64,000 nucleotides of DNA, taken from NCBI GenBank assembly GCA_023920165.1, contig CP089275.1, positions 434,001 to 498,000 on the forward strand. Direction: 5' to 3'. This stretch comes from Curvularia clavata (taxonomy: Eukaryota). This document shows positions 24,186 through 36,800 of this stretch, piece after piece. The notes under the pieces were generated by a model. The model worked only from the letters and a program-made list of their open reading frames with translations, did no database searches and was not told the DNA's origin. Position 1 is the stretch's first letter, and each line of letters opens with the position of its first letter. The position numbers and the translations under genes were made by a program.

Positions 24186-26057
24186 ACGTGTTGGATAAGC
24201 GAGTGAGCCAGGCAAGCGAGTGAGCCAGGCAAGCGAGTGAGCCACCTCACCAACTTTCCACAACGCCTCAACTTCAATCAACTATGGCGTCCCCCCAACA
24301 AGCTTCTAAGGTCTCTTGTGAGGCTGATATGTATCTTGCGATTTCAGCTCTTAATACAAAGCAAATTGAAACCGAGAGATGCGCTGCTAAGACGTTCAAT
24401 ATCTCGCGAGCTACACTCCACCGCCGACGCGCTGGTTGCCCTGCCTGACACGATTGTCAGCCCAACTCAAAGAAGCTAACTAAGCTAGAAGAGGAGGTGA
24501 TAGTTGATTATATACTCAATCTCGATTCACGTGGATTTGCGCCCACGTACGCTGCTGTGCGCGATATGGCTGATAAGCTGCTGGCTGCGCGCGGCGCTGG
24601 CCAGGTTGGGCAGAAGTGGCCAGCCAACTTTGTCAAGCGTACAGACAGTCTTACAACGCGCTTTAATCGGGCGTACGATAGACAGAGAGCTCTATGTGAA
24701 GATCCAGTCTTAATCAAGAGCTGGTTTGAGCTTGTAGAGCAGACAAAGGCCAAGTACGGCATCTGCGACGAGGACGTCTACAACTTCGACGAAGCTGGCT
24801 TCTTAATGGGCAAGATTACTACTCAGCTTGTCGTTACAGCGTCAGAAAGAAGAGCTCGGCCAAAGGCTATCCAGCCAGGTGGTCGCGAGTGGGTGACATT
24901 TATCGCTGGGATTAACGCAGCCGGCTGGTCTATCCCGCCGTTTCTGATCTTTACTGGCAAGTATCACCTATCTGCCTGGTACGAGGAGGCAGAAATCCCA
25001 CGCGACTGGGCGATCGCAGTCAGCGATAACGGCTGGACGACCAACGAGCTAGGAGTTGAGTGGCTAAAGCACTTTGTCAAGCATACAGATGGCAAGGTTG
25101 TTGGGGCACGCCGGCTGCTTATTCTTGACGGCCATGAGAGCCACCAGTCACTTGAGTTCCAAGAGCTCTGCAAGGATAACAATATCTATACGCTCTGTAT
25201 GCCGCCTCACTCGTCTCACCTGCTCCAGCCTCTTGACGTTGGCTGCTTCTCGCCATTGAAGCGTGCGTATAGCCGTGAGGTGGAGAGCCTAATACGCAAC
25301 CACATCAACCACATCACCAAGCTCGAGTTTCTGCCAGCATTTAAGGCAGCCTTTAATCAATCGTTTACGTCAGCCAATATCTGCTCAGCTTTTCGAGGTG
25401 CAGGCCTTGTTCCTCTCCAGCCAGACACTGTTCTATCAAAGCTTGACGTGCAGCTACGTACGCCTACTCCTCCAGCTGCTCTCGCAGAAGCTCTCTGGCA
25501 GGCCTGTACGCCAGGCAACGTACGCGAGCTTGAAGCTCAATCAACGCTAATAAGTGATCGTGTTCGACGGCACAAAAGCTCATCACCAGCGTCGATTATT
25601 GCGGCGATTGGCCAGCTTAAGAAGGGGGCAGAGATAATGATGCTCTCAGCTGAGCTAATGCGCGAGCGGATCGCCAACCTTGAGAGAGCTAATGAGGCAG
25701 CGTCAAAGCGTAGAGAGCGTAAAAGAAAGCGGATACAGAAGCAAGGAGTGCTTACGAAGGGAGCTGGCGAGGATATTATCGCTCAACGCGAGGCTGATGA
25801 GCAAATTGCTCATGAAGAGCGTCAGGGAGGAGAGCGATCAGGTGTCAGCCGCCGGGCTCTTACGCGCTGTAGCAGGTGTAGAGAGACTGGCCATAATTCG
25901 CGTACGTGTAAAAACGATACTATAGATACTGCTTAATCTGCTATATTAATATATATCTATATTATTATACTATGGTGGAGCTACACGCTTGTATAGATGC
26001 GCGAAGTTGGTGAGGTGGCTCACTCGCTTGCCTGGCTCACTCGCTTATCCAACACGT
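24186..26057 (+). mobile_element. pogo/Fot1-family DNA transposon, near intact
   Basis: TIRs ACGTGTTGGATAAGCGAGTGAGCC (a 17-bp subunit occurs 3x on the left, 2x on the right); TA duplication at 24184-85 and 26058-59. Confidence 0.95.
24284..25936 (+). pseudogene. Fot1-type DDE transposase with one premature stop
   Basis: ATG 24284 is in frame with ORF 24497-25936; TGA at 24446-48 (probably CGA>TGA). Motifs YNFDEAG, LILDGH, LQPLDV and a C-terminal CxxC..H..C knuckle. Confidence 0.88.
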
Positions 26058-27841
26058 TAACCAAAAACCGAAAATTTAATTGCCACAATGGCAGACAGCA
26101 CAGTTACAAAGTGGTTAGTATTTTTACTTCTTAAGTAATTGACAAATCGCGGGAAACTGGGATTCAATTCCCCGCTGGAGAGCTGATTCTTTTGATACTT
26201 TTGTGCTTTTTCTATCAGTGGTGAAGTGAAGAGTAGTCGCTCACCTAGCTGATCTGAGTCTCTTAGATCATTGGTATATAGCTAACCGTCACTAAAATAC
26301 CTCTATACTAACCTATAGGGAGACATTAGTAGATATTATCAAGATAGGATTTTGTAGCTTCTGTGACGGCGTTTGGCTACAATCACCACCCATTACTTAG
26401 AGGTACAGTACATCTCAGTGAGCAAGACCCGAGCTGGACCCAATTTGGGCCCGAAATGAATCTAGGCTTGTTACCGGGTCTTTGGATACAAATTCTATCC
26501 AAGTGTGATGGAGCGCATGGTGTAATAGTACACGTTTTTATCCAAACTCTGAGACTGTTCACGGTGCGCTTCTGTGTAGATTGCCACAATACGCATATAT
26601 TCTACAGCTAATATCTCCAAAACACTCTTGATCATAGAGACTACCGTGGCATGGACTATAACCTCCGCCCATCAAATTCGCCAGATATGAGCATTATGGA
26701 GACTTTGGCATTGTTAATCCGCCGCAATTTAACTATATACATTGCACAACTTAGCGTCAAGGTGTTCGGCGCTTCTATGAAGTTTGGGAGAACCTAAATC
26801 GCAAGAAGATCAACGAGATAGTCAACAACTACCCAACACGACTCCATAAAATTGTAAGTAGTTATCCAGTAAGAGTTTCAAAATATTGATCCAGAATTTA
26901 AGACTGCTAGCTACGCACAAAGGCGAGGTTTTCGCTGTCGATTAGGGTTGTTTTGCATCGGCGGTGGTGGGGCCACACTATTTCCGTTTTAAGCGCATGT
27001 CCGAGAGCAGCTGTCGCACTAGCCAATCGTTGACAAGTAGGTAGAGGTTTTGTCCTTATGCCATCTAAAACGCTACAAAGTCCAGATAGTGCTTCCGCTT
27101 CACCAGGAGATAATATCAACAGAATCCCCTTAGTTATAATCATATTCAACTCCCAGCGTTGCGGCCGAGGGTATTCAGCCTTACCAACAAGTCAGATTGT
27201 CCAATCGGCTTGCAACGCATCTATCCCCCGGACTTGTCGGGCCTTTAGCTTCAGCTTACGGCTCACAAATACCATGGTCGGCAAGAGATACGGCAAGTTG
27301 TGAACCCCAAGAATCAGCCCCAGATGTCCCACAAAGCATAGCCTACTTACTCTTTGGCAAAAGTATTCAAAGTGGGGCGGTGACAAGGGGGGAGCTAAGT
27401 TGGATAAGGAAGCCAGTTTTGATTTATTACTATGAGCAGTAGCTCTCAGAGCGAATTATAGCTTTTGATTTCCGTGTACAGCGATTCTGTTCGACTCAAA
27501 GTCCGACCGAGCAGAAGCTGGATAGCGCCCCACTTTGAATACTCTTGCTAAAGAGCAAGTAGACCTCCACTTGCCCAGAGTGTGGAGAGGTGGGAATTTA
27601 AGTTTGGCGACCCCGCGATTCGTTCGGCGACTTGGCCCTGGTTTGATATGCCGGCGGAGACAATGCACTCTGCAACTGCCGGGAGCATATTGAACAACGC
27701 CCGTTAAAATTGCGTCCGTGCCAAGCGGGGGAATGTCAATAAGTACGCCGTGTTTCTGGCTAGGTTTGGGTGATGAAGACGCAATCGCTGATCCGAGAGT
27801 ATTAATAGTAGGGAATTTCATACATCAAAATTAATATCGCC

Positions 27842-29798
27842 ATGGCGAAAGGCCAGCAAGACAAAGAGCTGCTTGCGGCGCAAGCACAGTCCAAGGTCCA
27901 TTTCGAGGACGACCCGCATCGCGCCGCCATCGAAGACAACCCCGAAACAACCTCAACAACTGTCCGGACATGGGCCTCCATTTTTGTGCGTCTCATACTC
28001 CCGTGAAACAACCAAGATGACTATACTCTTGATAGCATGCTGACCAAAGAGTGAATGTACAGTGTATGGCCGCGTCCTTTGGCCCTGCAGTCCCTCTGCC
28101 CTTCACTTGTCTTGCAGCCATCGTCGTCCAGGTCTCGCAGGATCTGGGGAATGATGTGGATTTCGCCTGGATCGTCGGCGCCTGGTCGCTAGCCAGCGCT
28201 TGCTCTTTCTCCATTGCTGGCCCCCTCAGTGATGTCTTTGGGCGCAAGATCCTTGTCCTTGCTGGTCAAATTATTGTGCTTATCGGCTCAATCGTAGGAG
28301 CGACAGCGCAGAGCGTTGCCAGCATGGTTGCAGCTGAGACCGTCATCGGTGCTGGAGCTGGTTTTGTGTTTGTGTCTTATTCTGGAGCTACAGAAATGCT
28401 CCCCAACAAGTGGCGATCTGTTGGTGTTGGCATCCTCGAGGGCGGCATCATGATTCCCTGGTAAGTCCTTGTCACTTACCCCTAATACACACCATTCTCC
28501 AACGCTAATATCACATGTTCCGCTGCAGGGGCTCCTTTAACGTCCTATTTGCCAACCTTCTCCTCAAATATACCACTTGGCGTTGGATCTTCTACATCTC
28601 CATCATCGTCGAGAGCATTACGTTTGTTGGGACAGCCTTTTTCTACAATCCAGTATCCCGTCCTCGTGGCGACTATGACAAGACCCGATGGCAGCAGTTT
28701 CTCGAGGTTGACTGGCTCGGTCTCTTCCTCTTTACTACTGGCCTGGCAACCTGTCTCGTTGGCCTCACCTGGGCTGGGTCTGCTGGCCACCCTTGGCATG
28801 GAGCATCGGTTCTCGCGCCCATGCTCCTCGGCATAGCAGTTCTTGCCTGTGGTTTTGCTTATGACTTCACTATTGCAAAGAACCCAATCTTCCCGCTAAG
28901 GCTCTTTAAGTTGTGGCGCGGATTTCTGTGCATCTGCATCGTCCTGTTCATCTCCGGCATGAACTTCAATTCGCTCTCCGCCCTCCTACCTCAAGGCTCC
29001 ATGTACATGTTCACAACTAACGGCATCGAAGTTGGTGTCCTCGCCCTCCCCAACAACATCGTCTCCATCATTGTCAGCGTCATCATCCCAATCTTCGCCC
29101 ACAAGATTGGACACATCAAGTGGCTCTTCGTTATCGGCATGGCCTTGCAGCTCATCTTCATCGGAGCAAGCGCAGCAACTGTTAACCCCAACCACAAAAT
29201 CGCCTGGGCGTTTGTCCCGGGTATTGGAGTCCCCATGTTCCTCATGGTTACCATTCTGGGCTATGCCATTGCCAGTCTACACGTACCATATTCGCATCTC
29301 GGTGTTGCCATGGGTCTTCTAGGCACGTTCCGCTCGGCTGGCGGCGCCGTTGGCAATGCCATATTCAACACCATATTCCAGAACAAGTTTAAAAACTATT
29401 CTGGTGAGGATATCCCTCGGGCTGCCCTCGCTGCAGGCTTGAATGCGACTGATCTTGGCGCAATTATTCCTGGCGCCATCACGTACAACATCGGAGTGCC
29501 GTACCCAGCGTCCCTGGGCTCTATCGAGGGCATGACGCCTGCCATTGCGGAGACATTGAGACTCGCTGTGCGCCACGCATATGGGCGTGCGTTCCAATTT
29601 GTGTTCTATATTACGATTCCATTCGGTGTCGTGGCACTTGTTGCGTCATTCATGGTCGAGGATCCTACGCCTTACATGACGAACCACACCCAGTCGGCAA
29701 TGGAGGCGCCAATAGTCAACGGACTGAGCTTGAAGGAGGTTGGAGATACGGAACAGGAGCATATTGAATCTGCTCAGGAGACCAAGAGTATTAGCTGA
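27842..29798 (+). CDS. MFS drug/metabolite transporter (TRI12-like 14-TM family)
   Basis: Motifs GPLSDVFGRK, EMLPNKWR, WRWIFY and GTFRSAGGAVG; two introns near 27986-28072 and 28461-28528. Confidence 0.88.
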
Positions 29799-31401
29799 TG
29801 GTTTCTGAGATTCGTTGTCTTGTGCAGAGGTTACAATACTCGGAAATCTAGGTTTGAAAGTAGCCAGCGGGTTTGTAAAGCAACTTTTGAGATCAAATAA
29901 TGTTCTTTGAGCCTATGTTCACCAATTGCATTGTAATGCAGCCTTTACTTTCCCGTAGTAGCCCTTGTCCGTATCGCCAACTTCACGTGCGTACACGTTG
30001 CCCGTTTGAAGCAATTGTGCGTTTGGGATCTAGAAAGATCGCCTACTGAGCGATAGTATTTGGGATTCAGTCATCCGTGTAGCTCGAATGCGGAGGTCGT
30101 TGCCCAAACAGAGAGATTTGGGATGCTCTGAGGATGGGCACAACCATACCAAGCTTGATTTGAACCAATCAAACAAGAAGCTCAGAGAAAATATTATCTA
30201 GGATACATAGCTCCATAGGTACCTGCGGGCCTCTAGTAGCTAGAAGTTATTGCGTTATTACATAGCAGCGATGGTCGGACTAGAACACGACATTGACAGG
30301 CGAGGTGTCGCAAACTATAGAAGGATGCAACAGCATCAATTGCAGACCAAAGACCATGGTGCTCTTGTTGGAGCAATTGCTTAAAGTGAGTCAGCTGGTA
30401 ATGGTATGGATCAGCTTCAACTATTTCCTGAACAGCATATATGCTGGCATTGTGGAAAAACGAGTAAGATTGACCAATGGGCGTGATCTCCCACAACTGC
30501 GCGATATGCCAGAAAATTATATACTTATAAGCCAGTAGAGATGAGGGGCTACATTCATGTCCTTCGGGTGTCAAAGGACCCAAAATTTATGGCGATCTGC
30601 ATTATATGTGTTGCTGCCTAGTCAGCACCAGGCCAGATCCCTGGCTTCCTTATTCACAATAGCGTCGTCACTATACTTGAAACAATTTGGAACAGCAAGC
30701 AGCTTTTCCATTGTCGTTTTTTTAACAGGATATGATTGTCGCTTGCATGATGAGGGCGCCAGTACTAACAGTTGGACATTTGCCCGAGTAGGTATACGGC
30801 TGAGCCGTGCGGCCATGTGCGGCTGAGCTACACACCGCCTTAGCTCTCTCTCCAGTCTGGCTTCAAGTAATCCAAACTGATTCGTCAATTTCCTCGTCGC
30901 CTTATGGCTTATGATTAATATTTGTCGCTCATTTCACTCACTACATGCTGTAATAAGCCAGACAGAGTAACTTTAGACTTGTCGGATCGTATTCTACGTA
31001 GAAGCAGTAAACAACTAAACGAAAACAATACAAATGCAATGAAATCTGATCTGATTTCAGGGTGCCCTGACTCGCAATAGGTAAACTAGCGGGTCTTACA
31101 GTGAGTGTCCAAGTAACAACTACCTAGGATACCAGTCCGACTCGCCATTTATGAAGACCCTGATTGCAATTCCTAGTAAACTTGCCAGCCTCGGATGTCC
31201 ATAAACGAATTTTTTTGTCTGAGTTTCACGCTATATGGAAACCCGCTTCGAAGTTCCCAAACATCTTCATTCGTACTAAATGTAGTTGGATCTCACTTCG
31301 TGCGCGGCTTCCTGCAAATCCCACTGCATTACCCCAAAGCCAATCAATAATAGGTTGCAATGCTGCGGATAAGAAGAAGTGTTCTGCTTCCTCAAGGTGA
31401 A

Positions 31402-33776
31402 TTATATAAACTCAAAAATCTCCTCAACCACAGGTTCGCTCGCCAATTTCTCCCCCTTCATCCACTTGTCATTGTAGAAGAAACATGGCGCCAGAACCGA
31501 ATATATCCTTTTCCGTTTCTTCCGCAAAACAAACGGCACACGTCCACCATAAAGAATGACAATATCATCGCCTGACTTGACCTTTTCCGAGGTGAGTACG
31601 AAGTCGCCATCAGTCGTGCAGTAGAGCCTCCGATTCTCAGTCGGTGGATGCCCTATGGTAAATGCGATGGACCTCGATCGAAGTTCGCGCTCGTCCATAA
31701 GGGGTAGCAGAGCTTTGAATTTCCCACGCAGTCTGTCTTTACGCTTCAATACTGGGGAACTAGTATGGCTTTTAGCCCGAGCTCGGCTTTCAATGTACAT
31801 TTTTTGCAGATCATTGCTTTCACGCTTTGATACTATGCAAGGCTGTCGACCAGGTTTGATAATCATATAGTAACTTAGATCAGCGGACGTTTCGTCTCGG
31901 AGAGGTTGGGGCGCAAGTACGCTCTCTATTCCTGCGATGCGTACACCTTGGAGCGATAGAGAAAGGGGCGAATCAGTAGGCCGCACAATGGCCGATCTCC
32001 CGTCGGACGCATTGTAGACCCCATACTTCTCGGAGAAGCTGTCTTGCATATGTTCGTTTGATGCAAAAATGTTGGTTACCCATGAGGGAGCTTCCTGCAG
32101 CAGGGGATCATTGCGGGTTGTATCAATAGCTATGAGGTAATCAAGTGGGCCGGCTATATTCGATGGCGGAACAATTTCCGACGCCGATGTTGCGTCGAAG
32201 GTTGCTGTGTCTCGAGGGGTAGTATAGGTGCCATTGGTCGCATTCTCATAAGATACATCGTGACCAACAGTCAATGGTTCCTCTCTCAAGTTCTGCAGCT
32301 CAGAAACATGAGTTACAGAGGCACGGTCTGCCGAATGATGTTGCAAGGATGACCTCACATTCTGATTTTGAACACCCGTCTTGTTAGAATGAGAACCACT
32401 GGTGTGACCGCCTCTACTACTCTTATCATCGGGTGATGAGGAAACGTTAGACCTCGAAAGCTGCCATCGTCTATAGTTCCCCATGACTAGTGTCAATGGC
32501 GTTGTATAGTCAGTATGAAGAAGAGGCTCTAGTTTGAATATGTCCGAAGTATCTGACCCGAGCTGAAGAAGAGCGAATAGTCGGTCACGGGGATCACTCG
32601 ACTCGAACGCAACGGTCTTGGAAAGGCAGTGCTCGATGGAAAATCCTGTAGAATCCGTGCCGCCTAGCGAGCGTACTGAAAGCACTAACCAGGACTGGTT
32701 GAAGAAATCTACATTGAGACACTGTGTCTTGAGAGCAGCATTCCCGAGAAAGAGCGCAACAGCGACCAGTTCATTCCACTGCATCTGAGACTGACCGCTG
32801 AAGACAGTGACCCGCCGTGCGCCATTTCGATCCACAGGAGCCATCATGACTTCCTGAATGACCCAGATTCTGCGAAACCAAGGACGTGAGAAGTAGCGGT
32901 CTGCACAATCTACGATCAATTTCAACAATACCAACGGTGCAGGCGTGTTTTTGAATATTCCTTCAACATAGTGAATGAGATCATCACCAAGATATTCGAG
33001 CGTAAAATACTCTTCAGCGAGTCGTAGCAGCATGTCATTCTGCAATGCCTTCTCATACCAGCGAGTTGCTTCAAAATCCCACAAGCTAAAAAGTCGTGGC
33101 TCATCCTTGGTATTGTCGTCCAAACACGGATATCTTTCCACCGAGGAAATTTCGGGGACACTGCGCGCAAACACTTTATGGGCCTCGACCATGATTTCGC
33201 TGTACACGTCTGCCTCTCCTAACCAAACCAATACCTCCGATGCTGAACTGTAGACCAAGCCCATGGAGCTGACTTGGTGAGTTTTTTCGATGGCATTGTC
33301 TTGGGCTATACAAATGGCATCAACCCAGAGTACCCGATGTTCGTCGGGTTGTCGTAGTGCGCGAAGGAGTGCATCAAGGTTCCGTGTTATCTGATATGGT
33401 TGCGCTGTCCACGCGTCCTGCGAACTCTGTGCCGTTGCTTCTTTTGTTTTGGCGCATCGCAGGGTGAACTCGAGAGTATCCTTAATTTCGCCCCAGCAAT
33501 ACGAGACCGCTTGGTAGGATATAGCTGGGGCATGGGTTTGCGATCCTCGCAACTCGAGGTAACCAAGAAAGCCCGAGAGAGGTGCGTCTCCTTCGCCTGG
33601 ATCAATAGCAATATAACGAATCTCGTTGACCTTTGGATCAAGCGGCAGATAGGCGGATGTGTCGTTTCTAACTCCTCGGAATGGAAGCGTGACATCGCTT
33701 GTTGTTGTACCCCGGCCTCGCTTCTTGGTTGGAGGGCCAGTTGCACGCCTTCCAAAGAGGACCTGCTGCGCTTCAT
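31402..33776 (-). CDS. HET-domain protein (het-6-like); 5' end frameshifted or spliced
   Basis: Motifs YQAVSYCWG, LWVDAICIAQ, WFRRIWVIQE, DPRDRLFALL and GDDIVILYGGRVPFVLR. The in-frame upstream sequence reads YLPLDPKVNEIRY, but the nearest ATG (33776) is out of frame. Confidence 0.8.
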
Positions 33777-33888
33777 GGCTTTCAAATTTTGAAACGGGAA
33801 CGTGCTAATTCATGAGGATTTAGAAGAGATCTGTGACTGCTATAAACTTGGAAGATGCCCCTTTTCATCAACCGATTGCGCTCGGACC

Positions 33889-36800
33889 ATGGACGAGTAT
33901 CATCTGGGGACCTCTCTTGGCAGGCATTCTGACGTGTTGGCGCAACTTGGAGATCGAGAGCCAGCAAATCTGATCGAGGCTCAGGCAGTCATCGAGAAAA
34001 TAAGGGCTGAGAAGGGTTACCTGGACAGCGAGACACTACAAGATCTTCAAAAAATCAATGAGCAGAGCCGGAAGAGGATTCTAAATGTAGTGCAATCAGG
34101 AAGAGAGACAGAGGCCAGGTATACAACGAGGTATGACTTTATCCATCACCTCGGGATCGATCATTGAAGTCTTCCAGTATCTCTGAACAACTTTATTCAT
34201 CAAAGTTCCGTTTCCTGTACGAGTTGATTCAGAATGCCGATGATTCTTCTTACCCTATCTCCACCTCAGCATGGTTACGCTTCGATGTTACACCAGAAAG
34301 CTTCGTGATTGAGACTAACGAACTCGGTTTCAAACGAGATAACGTTGAGGCTATCTGTGCAACGGGGCGAAGCTCGAAGAAGGCATCTGTGGAGGACGAT
34401 CATATCGGCGAAAAGGGCTTTGGCTTCAAATCAGTCTTTTCTATCGCCGATGAAGTCTACATACAGTCCGGGTGGTGGTCATTTTGCTTCAAACACCGGA
34501 AAGGTGAGAATGGGCTCGGAATGGTGACTCCGTTGGATGCAGAGCCCAACGTATTGCCCGAGGGAGTAACAACTAGAATCTCACTGAAATACTCGGAAGA
34601 GGCCAGGCATGATTATCATCGTCTCGTCGAAGCTGTTCGAGAACTGCCAGATACAACTATCCTCTTCCTGCAGAGGCTTCGCAAGATTCATATCAACATT
34701 CTTGATGATACTGAACAGTACGAGGAGACCACCATTAGCAAGCAGTACGATTTGGGAAACCGTATGTGCACCATTGAGCGTCACCAGGTTTCGGAAAACG
34801 TAAACAAACACGAAATCTGCAGATATCATCTATTTCGCAATACTGTGCAGAACATGCCTCTAGACGAGCGTCGAAAAGGTCGCAACGAAGCGAGAATTGA
34901 GCTCGCTTTTCCGTTTGACTCCATCACCGAGCAACCTGAGCTCTCAGAGCAAGGTCAGCATGTCTTTGCATTTTTGCCGTTACAGCGACTAGCCCAGCTT
35001 CAGGTTCGTCATCTTAATACTGCACAAGATCAAGCTAATAACAAGGCTAGTTTTTGATACACTCTGATTTTATAACTTCTGCAAGTCGGGAAAACGTTCT
35101 CGATTGTCCATGGAATCTCAAGTTGTGCGAAGGAATAGCAGACACATTTGTTTCTGCTGTGAGTGGCACCTTCGCCAAATCAGATCATCCCTGTAAACAC
35201 ACATGGCTCGACTGGCTACCGAAGTCAGGAATGGAGCGTCCTTGGGGGTCACTCTATACTTCTGTCGTAAGGGCGTTAGCTACGAAGCCAGTTGCGCAGA
35301 CTTGGGAGAGCGCACAGTGGAAAGCACCGAACCAGTTGCGTATCGTAGTGCCATACGCTGTGCATCGCGGACTACCCATCCTCCCCGATCTCCGCGATGA
35401 GATCTATCTGGCTCCAGGATATACGACTCAACATGTATCGCGACTAAGGGAGTTGGAAGTTGTTGACATCTCCGGGGATGAATTGATAGACCGCCTCCAA
35501 GGTGATTTGTCACGATCGGGGTCCAGACTCAAAACGACCTTGGCTACTGATCCATGGCATGAGGCTTTCGCTAGCCTCTTCCTCCAAGTGTTGGAGACTG
35601 AAGCGACGACAACGTCCAGAATGAAGCAAAGGATCCGTACATTGGGTATCATTCCACTACTCAACGGAAGACAATGGACAGGCGCACCTGGAGCTAGTAT
35701 GGGTGGCTCTCAGAAGGTTTATTTCTCGTACACCGATCAAACACCGATTCCGGACTTGTTCAATCTGCGTCTCCTCGACAGGTCAGCTTCTCAAAACATG
35801 AGGCGCAAAGCATTTTATAGGGCCTTAGGCGTTGAGGAGTGTACCCGGGGAACCGTTTTCGCGAAGATCCGAGAGAGACATAAGACCCAGCCGCAAGCTT
35901 GTGATACGATTGCTGATCTCCAGTACCTGTACCATCAAAGCTACGAATTAGATGATCTCAAGACCTGGATTTGGGCCCCCTTGACGGCTGGCTGGACCAT
36001 CCAAGCTGCGACCAAAACTTTCTACTCGCCAACAAATGGTGAGTTTGATATGTACCACCTTGTGCCGTCATCGAATCGATGCTATCTATCAAAGGCACTG
36101 TATGATATCGTACCTCCAGATGTATTTGTGAAAAAGGAAAGCTGGCACAAATGGCTCGCCCGAATCCTGCCGGCACAGAGTCACCCGATGCTTGTAGGAG
36201 GTCCATCGTTTCATAAAAATGGCCACGAACTGTCGCAGTGCCTGCAGCATGTTTTAGAGCATAACCCAACCAAATTTCTAGGAACGCTCCGCGCCCATTG
36301 GCCAATCTATCAAAGTCGGGCTCACTTAGTCGAAAAGGATTTACGTGCGCGCCGTGTTCCCTGCATGTCTGGAACTTCTGCACCACTGGAGCTCGCGTAT
36401 CTCCCAACTATGGATATCATGAACGAAATATCACGACTCGGCATTGAGGTTGATGCCGTAAATCTGTTGAATGTGAATGAACGCACACTCGATGAGGTTA
36501 CTTATAGGTCATGGAAATTTCTTGAAGACTTTGGTGTCACCTCCAGGCCCAATCTGAAGTTCTACGAGGCAGCTATCGAGTCAAAGGCTGGACGGACCGC
36601 GAACGTTGATCTCAACGTGATCGCGGACATATATCTACAGATGGTTCGAATGACCACGATCGAAGACCATAGGCATCTGAGGTCAGATTACCCTCCGCCT
36701 CTTCTCTGATACACTAATTAATATGTTCATAGAACCCGTTTCGACAACTCCTTCATCTGGGATAGCCATTGTAACGAATGGGTAGAGCGCAAACAGTGCT

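Larger units (their letters stand above)
24130..26182 (+). repeat. R2: conserved arm + 5'-truncated tRNA-Asp copy, with the arm split by a pogo insertion
   Basis: 26058-26108 (TAACCAAAAACCGAAAATTT..ATGGCAGACAGCACAGTTACA) is followed by a mutated tRNA running to 26182. 24160-24185 (GCAGGAATGTCAACGGATGTTAGTA) aligns with the R1 arm. Confidence 0.85.

Noticed and set aside
24186..24245. Short direct repeats that could look CRISPR-like
   Set aside because: They are tandem TIR subunits of a pogo element with no spacers, in eukaryotic DNA.
26300..27200. Short ORF-like stretches after R2
   Set aside because: They are fragmentary with no recognisable family.
29990..30050. AAGCAATTG resembling the tRNA intron
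   Set aside because: Only ~9 nt match and there is no T-arm or arm motif.
30233..30900. Two minus-strand ORFs that may be a gene relic
   Set aside because: I found no recognisable motifs or consistent splice model.
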